Positions 43,611-55,244 of a DNA stretch of 64,000 nucleotides are shown piece after piece. Every line of letters begins with the position of its first letter. Position 1 is the stretch's first letter. Source of the stretch: a virus (Duplodnaviria; Heunggongvirae; Uroviricota; Caudoviricetes); IMG/VR virus record IMGVR_UViG_3300031994_002305, positions 37,073 to 101,072 of that record; one strand, given 5' to 3'. The notes under the pieces are model-generated. The model searched no databases. It had not been told where the DNA came from and worked only from the letters and a program-made list of their open reading frames with translations. A program made the translations under genes and the position numbers.

Positions 43611-45026
43611 TTAATTAACTTTCCAAGAAAGTTTATCATCCGTATATTTTTTTGATTGATATACTGTTTTATTAATAATATCATTTTTTAAATTACTTAG
43701 TAAATCTTGGTTAATACCTAATAAAACAGTTTTTGAATTTTCTGGTTTTTCGACATTTATAAAATGATCTAAAGTATTTTCACCATTAATATTAAATGTT
43801 TGATCTTTATGTGTAATATATTCAATTAAGTTTTCTTGAGCACCATCCTGTACATCTTTTGCAATAGAAACAGTATTTAAAAGATTATTAATTTTTTCAT
43901 TAACCTCTTCCAAAGATATTGCATATCTTTCACCAGATTTATCATACGTCTTATAATCTTCAATATAAATAATATTACCATTGCCATCATCAATAGGTTT
44001 TTCTTCTTTAAGTTCTCCTTTTAAATTTGTAACTTCAGTATTTAGTTGTGCAATACTATTAAATATATTTGTGGGTGTTTCTGGTAAATTATTAATCCAA
44101 TCTTCAAATTCTTTTAACGTATCAAATGCTTCAGATGCACCACCTATTATTGTATTGATTCTTTCATCAATTTGATCAACAAATTCAGTTGTAGCTAATG
44201 TATCTACTTTAGTTTTTAAATTATCTAATTCAGTTTTTGACGCAATATCTTTAAGTGTAATTTGATATTGATATGGTTGATTAAATACAGTTTCTAATTC
44301 ACCATTATCATTTTGTATAATAGATGGTGTTTGAATTAATTTTACTTCTAAATGATCATTATTTTCTTCTTTAACTGTTGTTACATTATTATGAATTAAA
44401 TTTTGTAACTGTGTATTTAATTTAGATAATTCTTCATTAGTATATTCTTTAGTATTATTACCAGAAATAATGTCTAAAATCCATTCGTTTTGATTTTGAT
44501 AAGGAAATTCTAAATTATTATTTTGATAATATTCTTTTGCAATATCATATGCAGATTTACCATCTTGTCCATTTGCACCAGGGAAACCTCTTAATCCTTG
44601 GTCACCTTTTAATGATGCTACCCATGAATCAACTGTTTGGTAAGGAAATGGTGTATTATTTAACTTTTCATATGTTTCTTTTGCTAATTCGTACGCAGAT
44701 TTACCAGTTAATTCAGGTTTTAATGCTTCAACATCCTGTTGTGTCAACAAATTATTTGATCCCGAGAGATCATAAATGTTTGAAGGAATTGAATTTTTAA
44801 TTGACTTAATTAAATTTATTAAATCTTCTGTTTTTGATATTGGTTCAATACCTTCAGCTTTTGCATTATTCCAATCAATATCAATAGCGTTAATTAACGG
44901 AACATTTTGAACAATGTTTCCGTTTTCATCAACATTATATTTATCAATACCTATTTTTCCACCTACTAATAAAATAGGCTGTTTTATACCTGTAAAATCA
45001 ATATTTTTATTACTATAATTAGCCAT
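43611..45026 (-). CDS. Collagen-like fibre protein
   Basis: GXY run GDQGLRGFPGANGQDG flanked by two GKSAY..A...FPY...W repeats; GASEAFDTLKE fibre motif. Confidence 0.7.
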   Translation of the reverse strand: MANYSNKNIDFTGIKQPILLVGGKIGIDKYNVDENGNIVQNVPLINAIDIDWNNAKAEGIEPISKTEDLINLIKSIKNSIPSNIYDLSGSNNLLTQQDVEALKPELTGKSAYELAKETYEKLNNTPFPYQTVDSWVASLKGDQGLRGFPGANGQDGKSAYDIAKEYYQNNNLEFPYQNQNEWILDIISGNNTKEYTNEELSKLNTQLQNLIHNNVTTVKEENNDHLEVKLIQTPSIIQNDNGELETVFNQPYQYQITLKDIASKTELDNLKTKVDTLATTEFVDQIDERINTIIGGASEAFDTLKEFEDWINNLPETPTNIFNSIAQLNTEVTNLKGELKEEKPIDDGNGNIIYIEDYKTYDKSGERYAISLEEVNEKINNLLNTVSIAKDVQDGAQENLIEYITHKDQTFNINGENTLDHFINVEKPENSKTVLLGINQDLLSNLKNDIINKTVYQSKKYTDDKLSWKVN

Positions 45027-45034
45027 ATTAATAT

Positions 45035-46819
45035 TTATGAAATTATATAATTACTTCCTGGTTTAATACCATTTCCTAAATCTATGCAATAATAAGGAAT
45101 TGCATCTATATAAATTTGCTTATATGTATCGAAAGTAAATGGAGCTGAAGAAGTTGCATTTTTAAATGTACCTGTAGTTCCATTATCATCATTAAATGTA
45201 GATGTAGACATTGTAACATATTTTGTTGGTATAATCATAACTGATTCATCACCCCAGATAACATTATCTGATATTCTGAATGCAGTTCCGATAGTAAATG
45301 GACATGTCGTACTTGAAGTCATCCAAGATTTATCTTTAATATTAACTGAAGATATACCATCTATTACTGTTGCATCATTTGGTTCTGTTGAAAAAACAAC
45401 TTCAATTTTATCACTATTATTTCCATTAGGTGATATAATACCAAAATAATATGTATACATCAATACACCAGAAGCATTTATTACAATATTTCCATCACCA
45501 TTACATTTAATGACTAATGTTCCATTAGTCTTATCATAACTTATGATATTAGCACCAGTAACTGGTATTGATTCAGGTAATACATAATTATTTGCTGCAG
45601 TTAATCGTATTGTTATATTTTCATCTTCTACATTATAAGATGGTTTTTCGCCTGAAATTATTTGTGCTGTAATATTTGATAAATTAAATGATAAAGAATA
45701 TTGTGCTATATCAGCAGCAATACTAACTAATACATTACCAGTTGCATTCGATAACATAACTGAATTTGATGCTTGTGAATATGTATAATTAGCACCTATT
45801 ACATTTGTTATATTTGCAGGCATCTTATAACCAGTATTAGGAGTAAATCTAAGCGTAGCAGATCCTCCATGATTAATTGTTGTTGGATTTGATAATTGAC
45901 TTACTATATGAGATAATGAATAACTAATTGGATAACTTCTAATTACACCATTAATTGTAATAGTAATATCTCCAGTTCCATCACATTTAATACGTAATTT
46001 ACCTGTTGATGGATTATATTCTAATAACTGTGCTCCAGAAATAGAATTAATATTATTAGGTAAATTATAATCAGAATTAGGTGTTAATATAATATTTATA
46101 ATATCATTAATATGATAATTTGATTGATAACCACCTTCAATAATACTTGATACATGATCTGTATTAATAAGTAATGAATAATCTTTCAATTCACCAACAA
46201 TTTTTATTGAAATATTATTGCTGTCACTTGTTACATTATTTAATTGAATTTCTTTAGTAACTGAATTATAACTATATGAACTAATATTAACTTCAACTGT
46301 ATTTGGCATTTTATAACCTGCATTAGGAATAAATTTTAATGTGGCTGAACTACCATATATAATACTTGAAGGGTTATTTGTGTCATAACTTATATGAGAT
46401 AAATCATATGCAATATTATAAATTTTATGATAATTATCAATTAAACGTTGCAAATTATTTATTTGTTCTCGTATTTCATTTAAATCAATATCAGATCCAT
46501 CACCATTAGCACCTTGTGGACCTTGCGGACCAGTTTCACCTTTTTCACCTCTAGGTAATTCTATTTCCCCACTATTAATCAATTCTAATAATTTTGTTTT
46601 TAACGTATTTTCATTAATAGATGATTGACTAATAGTGTTAAAAAATGTACGTAAACTTATTTTATAGTTTTCTCTTGCACCATCTTTAACATAAGCTAGA
46701 ACAACATAAGCGTCATCTGCATTTTCTTGAATAGTATAACGATCGTCAAAATTATCTAACTCTGATATTTTTTTGGCTTTTATCTTTAGTTCAGTTTGTT
46801 CCATATAATTATTAATCAT
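45035..46819 (-). CDS. Collagen-like protein with tandem beta-rich (InlB B-repeat-like) domains; probable virion adhesin/decoration
   Basis: GEKGETGPQGPQGANG followed by four ~75-aa repeats in ABAB order (PN.GYKMP / N.Y.LP..I). Confidence 0.65.
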   Translation of the reverse strand: MINNYMEQTELKIKAKKISELDNFDDRYTIQENADDAYVVLAYVKDGARENYKISLRTFFNTISQSSINENTLKTKLLELINSGEIELPRGEKGETGPQGPQGANGDGSDIDLNEIREQINNLQRLIDNYHKIYNIAYDLSHISYDTNNPSSIIYGSSATLKFIPNAGYKMPNTVEVNISSYSYNSVTKEIQLNNVTSDSNNISIKIVGELKDYSLLINTDHVSSIIEGGYQSNYHINDIINIILTPNSDYNLPNNINSISGAQLLEYNPSTGKLRIKCDGTGDITITINGVIRSYPISYSLSHIVSQLSNPTTINHGGSATLRFTPNTGYKMPANITNVIGANYTYSQASNSVMLSNATGNVLVSIAADIAQYSLSFNLSNITAQIISGEKPSYNVEDENITIRLTAANNYVLPESIPVTGANIISYDKTNGTLVIKCNGDGNIVINASGVLMYTYYFGIISPNGNNSDKIEVVFSTEPNDATVIDGISSVNIKDKSWMTSSTTCPFTIGTAFRISDNVIWGDESVMIIPTKYVTMSTSTFNDDNGTTGTFKNATSSAPFTFDTYKQIYIDAIPYYCIDLGNGIKPGSNYIIS

Positions 46820-46894
46820 CTTGTATTATATATAAAAATAAATAAAATATGATTATTTTGAAATAACATAATTTGTGATAACTATTTTAATTTT

Positions 46895-47749
46895 ATGAAT
46901 AATATGCACACTTTAGTAATACCAGACATACACGGTAGAACATTTTGGAAGGAAGCAATTGAGATGTTTCCTATTGATAAATATCCTAATTTAGTAATTA
47001 TATTTTTAGGAGATTATGTTGATCCTTATGATTTTGAAGGAATAACGCGTGAACAGGCTATCGATAATTTTAAAGAAATTATTGAAGTTGCAAAAAATGA
47101 TAATAGAATTCATTTATTAATTGGTAATCATGATATGCATTATTGGTATGATGCAAGATATAAATCTCGCGTAGATCATAAAAATTATCAATTAATTAAA
47201 GATATGTTTCTTCAAAATTTTACTTTATTTAATGTAGCTTATGAAGAGATAATTAATAATGAAAAGTATCTTTATACACATGCTGGTGTATCTGCATTTT
47301 GGTTAAGACATTTACAATTTATTGGCAAATTAAGTGTAAAAAATAATAGTGAATATAGAATAGACCAATTTGGTAAGAAAGTCAAGAAATTATCTGATAA
47401 ACAATTACCATTCGCCCAAATGTTAGCTGAGATGACACCAGATGCAGATAAGTTAAATAAAATGAAGTCAAACTTTCAAGGACAAGCTAATCTTTGGATG
47501 GCTTCATGGGCACGTGGTGGAGATTATCAAAATGGAAGTTGTATCTGGGAAGATTGGTCTGAATGGCAATATAAAGGAATGGAAATACCAGGTATGTGGC
47601 AAATATTTGGACATTCGCGTTGGAGTAAGAAAGATCCAGATGATGCAGCTATTGATTATGAACGTAAGTTAGCATGTGTAGATACTGCTTCAGCATGGAT
47701 AATAACAAATGATGGAAAACTAGAAAAGTTAAATACTGTTAAAGAATAA
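46895..47749 (+). CDS. Calcineurin-like metallophosphoesterase
   Basis: DIHG, GDYVD, GNHD, HAG, GHS. Confidence 0.92.
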   Translation: MNNMHTLVIPDIHGRTFWKEAIEMFPIDKYPNLVIIFLGDYVDPYDFEGITREQAIDNFKEIIEVAKNDNRIHLLIGNHDMHYWYDARYKSRVDHKNYQLIKDMFLQNFTLFNVAYEEIINNEKYLYTHAGVSAFWLRHLQFIGKLSVKNNSEYRIDQFGKKVKKLSDKQLPFAQMLAEMTPDADKLNKMKSNFQGQANLWMASWARGGDYQNGSCIWEDWSEWQYKGMEIPGMWQIFGHSRWSKKDPDDAAIDYERKLACVDTASAWIITNDGKLEKLNTVKE

Positions 47750-47769
47750 TAATCATTCATAGAACTATC

Positions 47770-47835
47770 TAGAATGACTTAGAATGACTTAGTAACTAAA
47801 TTATTAAATAACTATAATAATGTTACTAAGTCATT
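47770..47835. repeat. Tandem 10-mer plus 14-bp perfect inverted repeat
   Basis: (AGAATGACTT)x2; AATGACTTAGTAAC 47783-47796 / GTTACTAAGTCATT 47822-47835. Confidence 0.7.
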
Positions 47836-47885
47836 TAATTGTGTTTTAGGGACGATTATTTTTAACAATTTTTTAATATTAAAAT

Positions 47886-47913
47886 TTGAATAATATTTAG
47901 ATTTTACTATATT
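47886..47913 (+). promoter_or_regulatory. Conserved phage promoter
   Basis: TTGAAT-N16-TATATT followed by TCAAACAAA. Confidence 0.75.
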
Positions 47914-47938
47914 ATATTCGTAATCAAACAAAAATAAT

Positions 47939-50834
47939 ATGAACAAGATTTGGATTTCATTTAACTTTTACCTTTTGGTTGTAATGAATATTATAGCAAT
48001 TCAGAATCCTATTTCAAAATGGATGCTGATTACAGTGGTTCTTGATTTTGTTTTCTTCCCAATTATTAAAAATCTTCCAAAAGAACAGTTGTACGAAATT
48101 ACAGGTGTTACTTGGCTTCAGAAAAAGTTCAAGAACAATAAAGTTATTATGGATATGACTAATGAATAATTATTTACAACTATGAAATATAATCCTAATA
48201 AAGTTTACATTGTGTTTGATGGTACTTCTCATTATGGAGTATGGGGTTGTGATGTTGAAATGGAAATTATGTCCAATGATGTAGAAGTCGTAAAAGGTCC
48301 TTATAATGATTGGGATGATAATGTAGAAGATGAGATTACAAAACTCAATGATGAAGCTTACGGAACTCACATGTATCGTTAAAACAAATTAATTATGTGG
48401 TTGGAGAAATATTTTGTTCGTAAAGGAGAAACTGCACATGATTTTGTATCATGCACAATGTATAATCGTTCACCAGAATCTCGTTGGAATAAAGATCATA
48501 CTAAAGAACAAATGGATTGGCTTTGGAAACATAAAATGATTAAATGGTCTGCTCCATATTATCAACTGGGTGAGGGTGATTGGGAAAAATATATTGCTTA
48601 TACTAAACTTGGTAGATTTATTAGAGCTTGGTATGAGACTTCATATTGGCAATTTACTAAATATTATGTATTGCAATATACATTTTGGTTGTATAAAGTT
48701 TATTATCCAATTATGATTCATGTGTTTTGTAAGCATTATGATTGGCAGGACTATAAAGAATATGAATATGAATAAAACAATATTTTTAAAAGTAAAAAAT
48801 CCTACATTAAGGGAGTATGATGAAATTTGTGTAGAAGATGTTAAAAATATTATTCCTGTATGTGATAAATCAGGAAATCCACATTTGCTTATAAATTTTT
48901 ATGATCATGAATATTGCATGAATACTTCTACATTTTGTGATGAGATAGAACAAATAATTATTGATAAAAACTGATTCATTTTAATAGACTATTAAAACGA
49001 TACAAAATTATTAAAACGATATAAGACTATGATAATTTCAGCATCAGAACTACAAATTTCATATCAGAATTTAGAAGATATGTTTAATAGAGCTCTCCAA
49101 AAAGAAATCCTTGAATGGCGAAAAGAAAAGGATGAATTTTTTGAAGATCCTTTTAATGATGATGGACGAGTAACTGGTAAGTATATACCATCAACTACAT
49201 TTCAAATTTGGCTTAAACTTCCTAAGAATTTGGTAAGCTATGAGAATCTTAATAAATTACTTCATGATTGCTATGAATCTGGATGGGAAGTTGAAAGTAA
49301 ATGGCAGGAAAATGAACGTACTGGAGAAGATCAAATTTATTTTCTAATTAAAAAGATCTAATAATTTATATTGGAAAGATTATGATGGATAAATATATGA
49401 CAAAGCAAGAATTGATTGATCGATTCTATGAAGATGGTTTAAATTCATATGATTGGGAGCGATATGATCGTACTGATGATTATTGCTGGGAATGTGGATG
49501 TGAATATGAAACAGAAGATGGATATACATATTCTGCGGATGCTACTGAATGCTGTGGTGATTATGAAATTTTCAACCTTACTGTAAAAACTCCATCAGGA
49601 GAAGAAATTACATTGATTTAATTATGAATAACGTAGTTAAAATTTTAATGGAACGTGATGGTATATCATATCAAGATGCATATGATATGGTTAAAGAAAC
49701 TAAGGATATGCTACTTGAATTAGATATGGATGATCTATTTGAATATGACGATATTATCGCAGATAATCTTGAACTTGAACCTGACTATTTAGAAGATATT
49801 TTAAGCCTTAAATAATATGAATAAAATTAAGAAATTTATTTTTCATCATCTGTTAAACAAACAGGAACGCGAACGTCTTTGTGATACATATGCCTATATT
49901 CAACAATATGAAAATGAATGTAAAAATCCAAGTCATTCATGTAATCAGTTTTGTATGGATATGACTAACTGCCGTAAACTATTAGTAGATATATGTGGCT
50001 TTAGTAAAGGATATGATGGTTTTGATAAAGAAACATATTTAAAAATTGAACATGACATTAAGGAACATGCTTATCATCACAGATATTCAAGTACTTATGC
50101 TCCATTTATTCATGAAAATTGTAATGGATGGGATATAGATATATGTGGAATTATGCAAGTTAGATTTGAATAAATTAAATTAATTAAATATGAAAGAAAA
50201 TAATAATATTGGTTCAGCACATTTTATCGAAATGTGGCGTTGGTTTACAGAAAAATTAACTAATTTCTCTAAAAATCACGATAAAGTTTGGATTGATTCG
50301 CTTAAAGAATCTTATGTATATGTACAAGAATTTGATGAATTTGATAAACCTACGGGAAATTGGTATGGGATTACTGGATTAAGTGATCATGGACCAAATG
50401 TTACTTTGAAGGTACGTAAAATACATGGTAAAATTAATGTTTAATATATGAATAATAAAAATTATATACATCCATATCCGCATCTTAAGTATAATAGAGA
50501 TGAAGTTGAAAAAACTTATTTAGATGGATTAAATCAATTTAATTCGTGGGGTAAGGATGAACGTATAAGACGTGGATTTGGTGAAAATGGACATGCTCAT
50601 CCAAGGCGTTTCTATATTTTTCTACAAAAATATTTTGTAGAGATTAAATATTTTATGGATGAAAAGGAACGTACACAATATGTTTTTCCTTGGGTTGTTG
50701 CTACACGTTCAGAACGTATTAATGCATTAAAGAAACATAAAGTATATTTTGATATTAAACAAACAACTTTAAGATTGGCAAAAAATAGATATACGATATA
50801 TAAGCAAGAACAGGAATTGAAAAAACTTAAATAA
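47939..50834 (+). other. Run of about 10 small hypothetical CDSs
   Basis: Dense + strand ORFs. Confidence 0.7.
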
Positions 50835-50909
50835 ATTATTTTGAATATTATTCAAATTTAAACTATTTATAAATAACTAATACATAAATTTATTAAATAA
50901 AAAAGATAT

Positions 50910-51575
50910 ATGATTTTTACAGGTCCTAATAAAAAGAATTTAGAGAAGTACGGAAAGAATTTTCCATATAAGGCATGGCTGCCACAAAATGTAACTGATG
51001 TTAATAATTCAACTGAAGTATATACATGTACAGGTAAACCAAAGACAGTTTTTAGTGGTCGTTTTGTTGCTGTTTCGGGATTTATTTATGCAATTGTAAA
51101 TGGTAGGTATTCTGTACTTGCTAATTTGAGAGGACCAGGTACACCCGATTATCAAAATCATTGGAATGCAGTTTGTGGATTCCTAGAAAGATATGAGAAT
51201 TCTAAAGAAGGTATTGCTCGTGAGATTCTTGAAGAATGCGGATTCCAAATTGATTTAGATGATTTAAAGATAGTTCATGTTGAGACTGAACCTGAAGAGT
51301 GTAATAATGGAAATGTAACAATTCGTCATCGTGCTTTCCTTGGTAAGATTATTCCACATCACATAGGATTAGAAGGTGGTGAAGAGAATGAGGTAAATGG
51401 TATTACTTGGATTCCTATTGATGATATTGATAATTATAAGTGGGCATTTAATCATCGTAAGACCATAGAACTTTATGCTCCTAAGAAATGGAAACGCCGT
51501 ATTATTGAATGGTTTTATAATACATTTAAAGAGTATAATATGACTTATACAAAAGAAGAAGATTTAACACTTTAA
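50910..51575 (+). CDS. Nudix hydrolase
   Basis: Nudix box GFLERYENSKEGIAREILEECG and WAFNH. Confidence 0.88.
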   Translation: MIFTGPNKKNLEKYGKNFPYKAWLPQNVTDVNNSTEVYTCTGKPKTVFSGRFVAVSGFIYAIVNGRYSVLANLRGPGTPDYQNHWNAVCGFLERYENSKEGIAREILEECGFQIDLDDLKIVHVETEPEECNNGNVTIRHRAFLGKIIPHHIGLEGGEENEVNGITWIPIDDIDNYKWAFNHRKTIELYAPKKWKRRIIEWFYNTFKEYNMTYTKEEDLTL

Positions 51576-51576
51576 T

Positions 51577-51954
51577 ATGAGTAGAACATATAATACTAAA
51601 AAAGATTTTTTTGATAAATTTTCCAATTATGAATTTCCCCAAGGTTATGTAACAAGTATTGGAAAAGAAATTAAGCCTGGAGAAGTTATTGATTATGACC
51701 CAAGTTTTACCACTTGCGAGGATAATAATGCGCACAATAATACTGTAAGACACCCAAATAAACGAAAGAAAAGAGGATCATTGGGAAGAGAATTTACAAA
51801 AGTTGGAATGACAGGTACACGTTATTGGAGAAATCGTTTTGGTGAAGAAGATTGTAAATCATCTCGTTGTAGATTAGTTAAACATCAAATGACTCATACT
51901 AGACGTCATAGAATAAAAAATGAAACACAAAAAATTATTAAAGAAGAACTATGA
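51577..51954 (+). CDS. Basic hypothetical protein
   Basis: 125 aa with an Arg/Lys-rich C-terminus. Confidence 0.65.
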   Translation: MSRTYNTKKDFFDKFSNYEFPQGYVTSIGKEIKPGEVIDYDPSFTTCEDNNAHNNTVRHPNKRKKRGSLGREFTKVGMTGTRYWRNRFGEEDCKSSRCRLVKHQMTHTRRHRIKNETQKIIKEEL

Positions 51955-52111
51955 AATCTAAAATAGGAAATTCATTAGCTAGATTAGGTGGATATATTAT
52001 AGGTTTTAATATAATTAGTTTAGCGATACCTAACGTGGGATTAAAAGAATGGTGTTATGTAACACTTGGTGGTTGCATAATCATTATATCAACTTTATTA
52101 TTTGAAAATTA

Positions 52112-52750
52112 ATGAGTAAAGCAATATTTCTTGGTTCATTTGATCCTCCACATATTGGACACACTTCGGTTATTAAAAGTGTAATTGATTCTGGAATTAT
52201 GGAGGAGTTAGGAATAGATAAGATTCATATTATTCCAACTTCTCAAAATCCTAATAAAAAACAATCAACTTCTTTTAATGATCGTTATAAAATGTGCATA
52301 AAAGAATTTGGTGACTTTATATATGATGGAAAAGTATTAATTGATGATATAGAGAATACATTTGATCATCAATATACTTATGAACTAATTGAACGTCTTC
52401 ATAGTGGTACTGATGAATATATAAAAGGAGAATTTTGGTGGATCATTACATTTGAAACATATAATGAATTATTAAACAATGAATGGAAAGAATCTAAATA
52501 TTTATTAGATAATAATCCTTTTATTATTGTTTTAGATAAAGATAAAGCAAATAAGCAAAAGGAACATATTTTAGAACATCGTTGTATAGGATTAAAATTT
52601 ATCATTAATAATGATTATATAAAAATTCACTCTAAAGATATTCGTAATTCTATTAAAACAGGAGATGATAGTAAACTTTTGGAAAATTTTATGAATCATC
52701 AAAGTACAATTGATTTTATTAGAGAACGTAAACTTTATATTTATGATTAA
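52112..52750 (+). CDS. nadD: NadD-like nicotinate/nicotinamide-nucleotide adenylyltransferase
   Basis: FLGSFDPPHIGH, QNPNK, YTYE, IHSKDIRN. Confidence 0.75.
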   Translation: MSKAIFLGSFDPPHIGHTSVIKSVIDSGIMEELGIDKIHIIPTSQNPNKKQSTSFNDRYKMCIKEFGDFIYDGKVLIDDIENTFDHQYTYELIERLHSGTDEYIKGEFWWIITFETYNELLNNEWKESKYLLDNNPFIIVLDKDKANKQKEHILEHRCIGLKFIINNDYIKIHSKDIRNSIKTGDDSKLLENFMNHQSTIDFIRERKLYIYD

Positions 52751-53258
52751 TATTTTATTATGGTTTGTTAGTATTGCTGTTGGTTTGACAATTATTTCAA
52801 TTGTTCAACGATATACAATTATGCCAATTATCTATTGGACTGGTGCAATATTGGATGAATTTAATTGTTCAGTAATGGATGGTGATTCATGGTGGTTTTC
52901 TAGTCGTAATAAAACAATTAAAGATTTTATTTATAAAAGAAAAAATCATACAGATGGATATGAATACTATGAAACTATTAGATGGATTCCTGTTATAGGC
53001 ATATTGGGTCAATTCGCATGGTTTATTATGATTTTATTAGGTACAATTGGAACTTGGATAATATTATTTATTAAATATTGTATTATATATCCTATTATAT
53101 ATTTACAAGATGTAACAAAACCTACATTGCGAAATGTAAAAAATCATTTAGTAAAATATTGTAATATTTTTAAATTAAATAAATTATCTAATATCTTAAG
53201 TAATTGGAATAAAGAAGTTACGCAAAGATTTTTAAATATAAAATTACATAAAAGATGA
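52743..53258 (+). CDS. Hypothetical membrane protein
   Basis: Two hydrophobic stretches; likely start ATG ~52743. Confidence 0.6.
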   Translation: MINILLWFVSIAVGLTIISIVQRYTIMPIIYWTGAILDEFNCSVMDGDSWWFSSRNKTIKDFIYKRKNHTDGYEYYETIRWIPVIGILGQFAWFIMILLGTIGTWIILFIKYCIIYPIIYLQDVTKPTLRNVKNHLVKYCNIFKLNKLSNILSNWNKEVTQRFLNIKLHKR

Positions 53259-53567
53259 CAGAAGAAGAACACTTAAATTTAACAAATTTTAGAAGAGAAA
53301 TAGAAATTAGGAAATTATTATATGAAGCAGATCATGCTAAATATACTGAAGAATTTCCACGTAATGAATTAACTGCATTATCAATTGAAGGATTAGAACA
53401 AGAAATTGATAAAATTCTTTTGAAAAACTAATTTTAAAAAACTAATTTATTATTAAATAAAGAAATAAAATTATGAAGCAAATAATTTCACATATTAACA
53501 GACGAAGAATTCAGATAATTATATCTGGGTATACTGAGATATGATGTTATGATTTGATATAATATCT

Positions 53568-53606
53568 TGACAGGTTCCCAGAAAGAATCTGTCATTGTTG
53601 TTTTTT
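53568..53606 (+). terminator. Intrinsic terminator
   Basis: TGACAGGTTC-CCAGAAA-GAATCTGTCA followed by TTGTTGTTTTTT. Confidence 0.7.
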
Positions 53607-53636
53607 AATGCGGTCTTTGAAAAATTTTAATAAAAA

Positions 53637-53671
53637 TTGAATTTTTAAAAAATAGTTCTATATTATATTTG
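53637..53671 (+). promoter_or_regulatory. Conserved phage promoter with overlapping TAnnTTTG
   Basis: TTGAAT-N16-TATATTATATTTG. Confidence 0.75.
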
Positions 53672-53688
53672 TAAAACAAATAATATAT

Positions 53689-55004
53689 ATGAAACTACCA
53701 AAGAATTATTATTCTAAAATGCTTAAACAGGAGTTTTTGAAATATGAAGAAGCTCGTAAATCTGGTAAGTATAATATGATAATGGATATGAATGCTGTTA
53801 TTGGAGAATATGGTATTGGATTTAAAAACTATATTTATATAGTTAACAATTATTCAGAATTGGCTAAGAAATATTTGTAATATGAAAAAGGTTTTTGAAA
53901 CAAATCCAGAGTTGGCAAAATTTTCAACTGAAGATTTACTTAAGGAATTATTATACAGAGATAATGCTGGTGATAATAAATTTCATTTAGTCAGTGAATC
54001 TGTTACATCATATACATTTAAATTTTGGAAATTCGTATGATTAGAAAAGATACACCACGAGCAATTAGATTTTATAAAAATCGTCCTATTGTAGAAATTT
54101 ACAAAGGATATGAGATTCGCAAATATGAGGATATGTTTGAAGTGATTGCGAGTGTTGGCATTTATGGATTTGATTCAAATCATATTGAAGGTTGTAAGGA
54201 ATTTATTGATAAATTAGTTAAACTTGGAATTAAACAAGATGATGACGAAGAAATATCAAAATTTATTTTCCATATAAAACCTTATGATAAAGTTAATTGG
54301 AAAGAATTATGAGTAAGAAAAAATTCTATTTAGCAAATTCTGTAACATTGGAAATTTCTGAAGAATATATAGATGATAATTCAAAATATTTTGAATATAG
54401 TACACCTTGGAGATTTTCCAACGAAAATGAAGCAAAAGAATATCTTAAAGAAAATTTAAAACGAAAGATTAAAGCAATAGATAATCAAATTGAAGATCTC
54501 CAAATGAAACGAGATGATTTAGTTAATAAATTATTTAATATATGAGACGTGTTAATAGAAAAATAAAAAGAGGTACTTTGAATCATAGAAATGATCCAAC
54601 GGTACAACAATATGAAAACATATATCATATTGGACATGGACTTATATTTAGAGCTTTAACTTTATTTGGTGATTCTAAATATACTCGTAATTTATGCGAA
54701 TATATTAAAAATCGTAAGAATAATGAACCAAATTTATCAAAATATACTTTTGATGAATTAATGCAAGATTTTGAAAATGGTAATCATGATTTATTAATTG
54801 AAATAGTTAACGATTATGAGTGAATTTTGTGTAATATTATACTTATGTATAGGAGTTTTTGTTATAGTTTATGATTGGAAGAAAAATTACGAAGTAAATT
54901 ATAATATAGCAAAACAATATGGGGAAACTGAGGATGCAATGGTTTGTTTATATTTCTTATTTGGAATAATACTTTGGCCATTAATTTTAATGAAACAAAA
55001 ATAA
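53689..55004 (+). other. Run of about 6 small hypothetical CDSs
   Basis: Dense + strand ORFs. Confidence 0.7.
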
Positions 55005-55049
55005 TGTTTTACTATATTTAATATAATTTACCATGAATTGGTAAATGAT

Positions 55050-55122
55050 GCCCCGGTAGTTCAACGGATTAGAATACATCACTACGGATGATATGATGAG
55101 GGTTCGATTCCTTCTCGGGGTA
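55050..55122 (+). tRNA. tRNA-Arg(ACG)
   Basis: Cloverleaf: acceptor GCCCCGG/TCGGGGT, anticodon arm CATCA-CTACGGA-TGATA, T-loop TTCGATT; no encoded CCA. Confidence 0.88.
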
Positions 55123-55123
55123 C

Positions 55124-55239
55124 AATTGAGGATGCTGAAAAAGACTACGATAGTTTAAGGGTAAAATACCTCCTGTTAGAGGGGATGCTGGTTCGAATCC
55201 ACTGAATGCTTGATTAGGTTACTTGCAAGGTTCTCAATT
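55124..55239 (+). ncRNA. tRNA-derived structured RNA (D, anticodon-like GTT and T arms) inside a non-tRNA closing stem
   Basis: Stem AATTGAGGAT/GTTCTCAATT encloses TAGTTTAAGGGTAAAAT, CCTC-CTGTTA-GAGG and TGG-TTCGAAT-CCA. Confidence 0.5.
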
Positions 55240-55244
55240 AAAGC

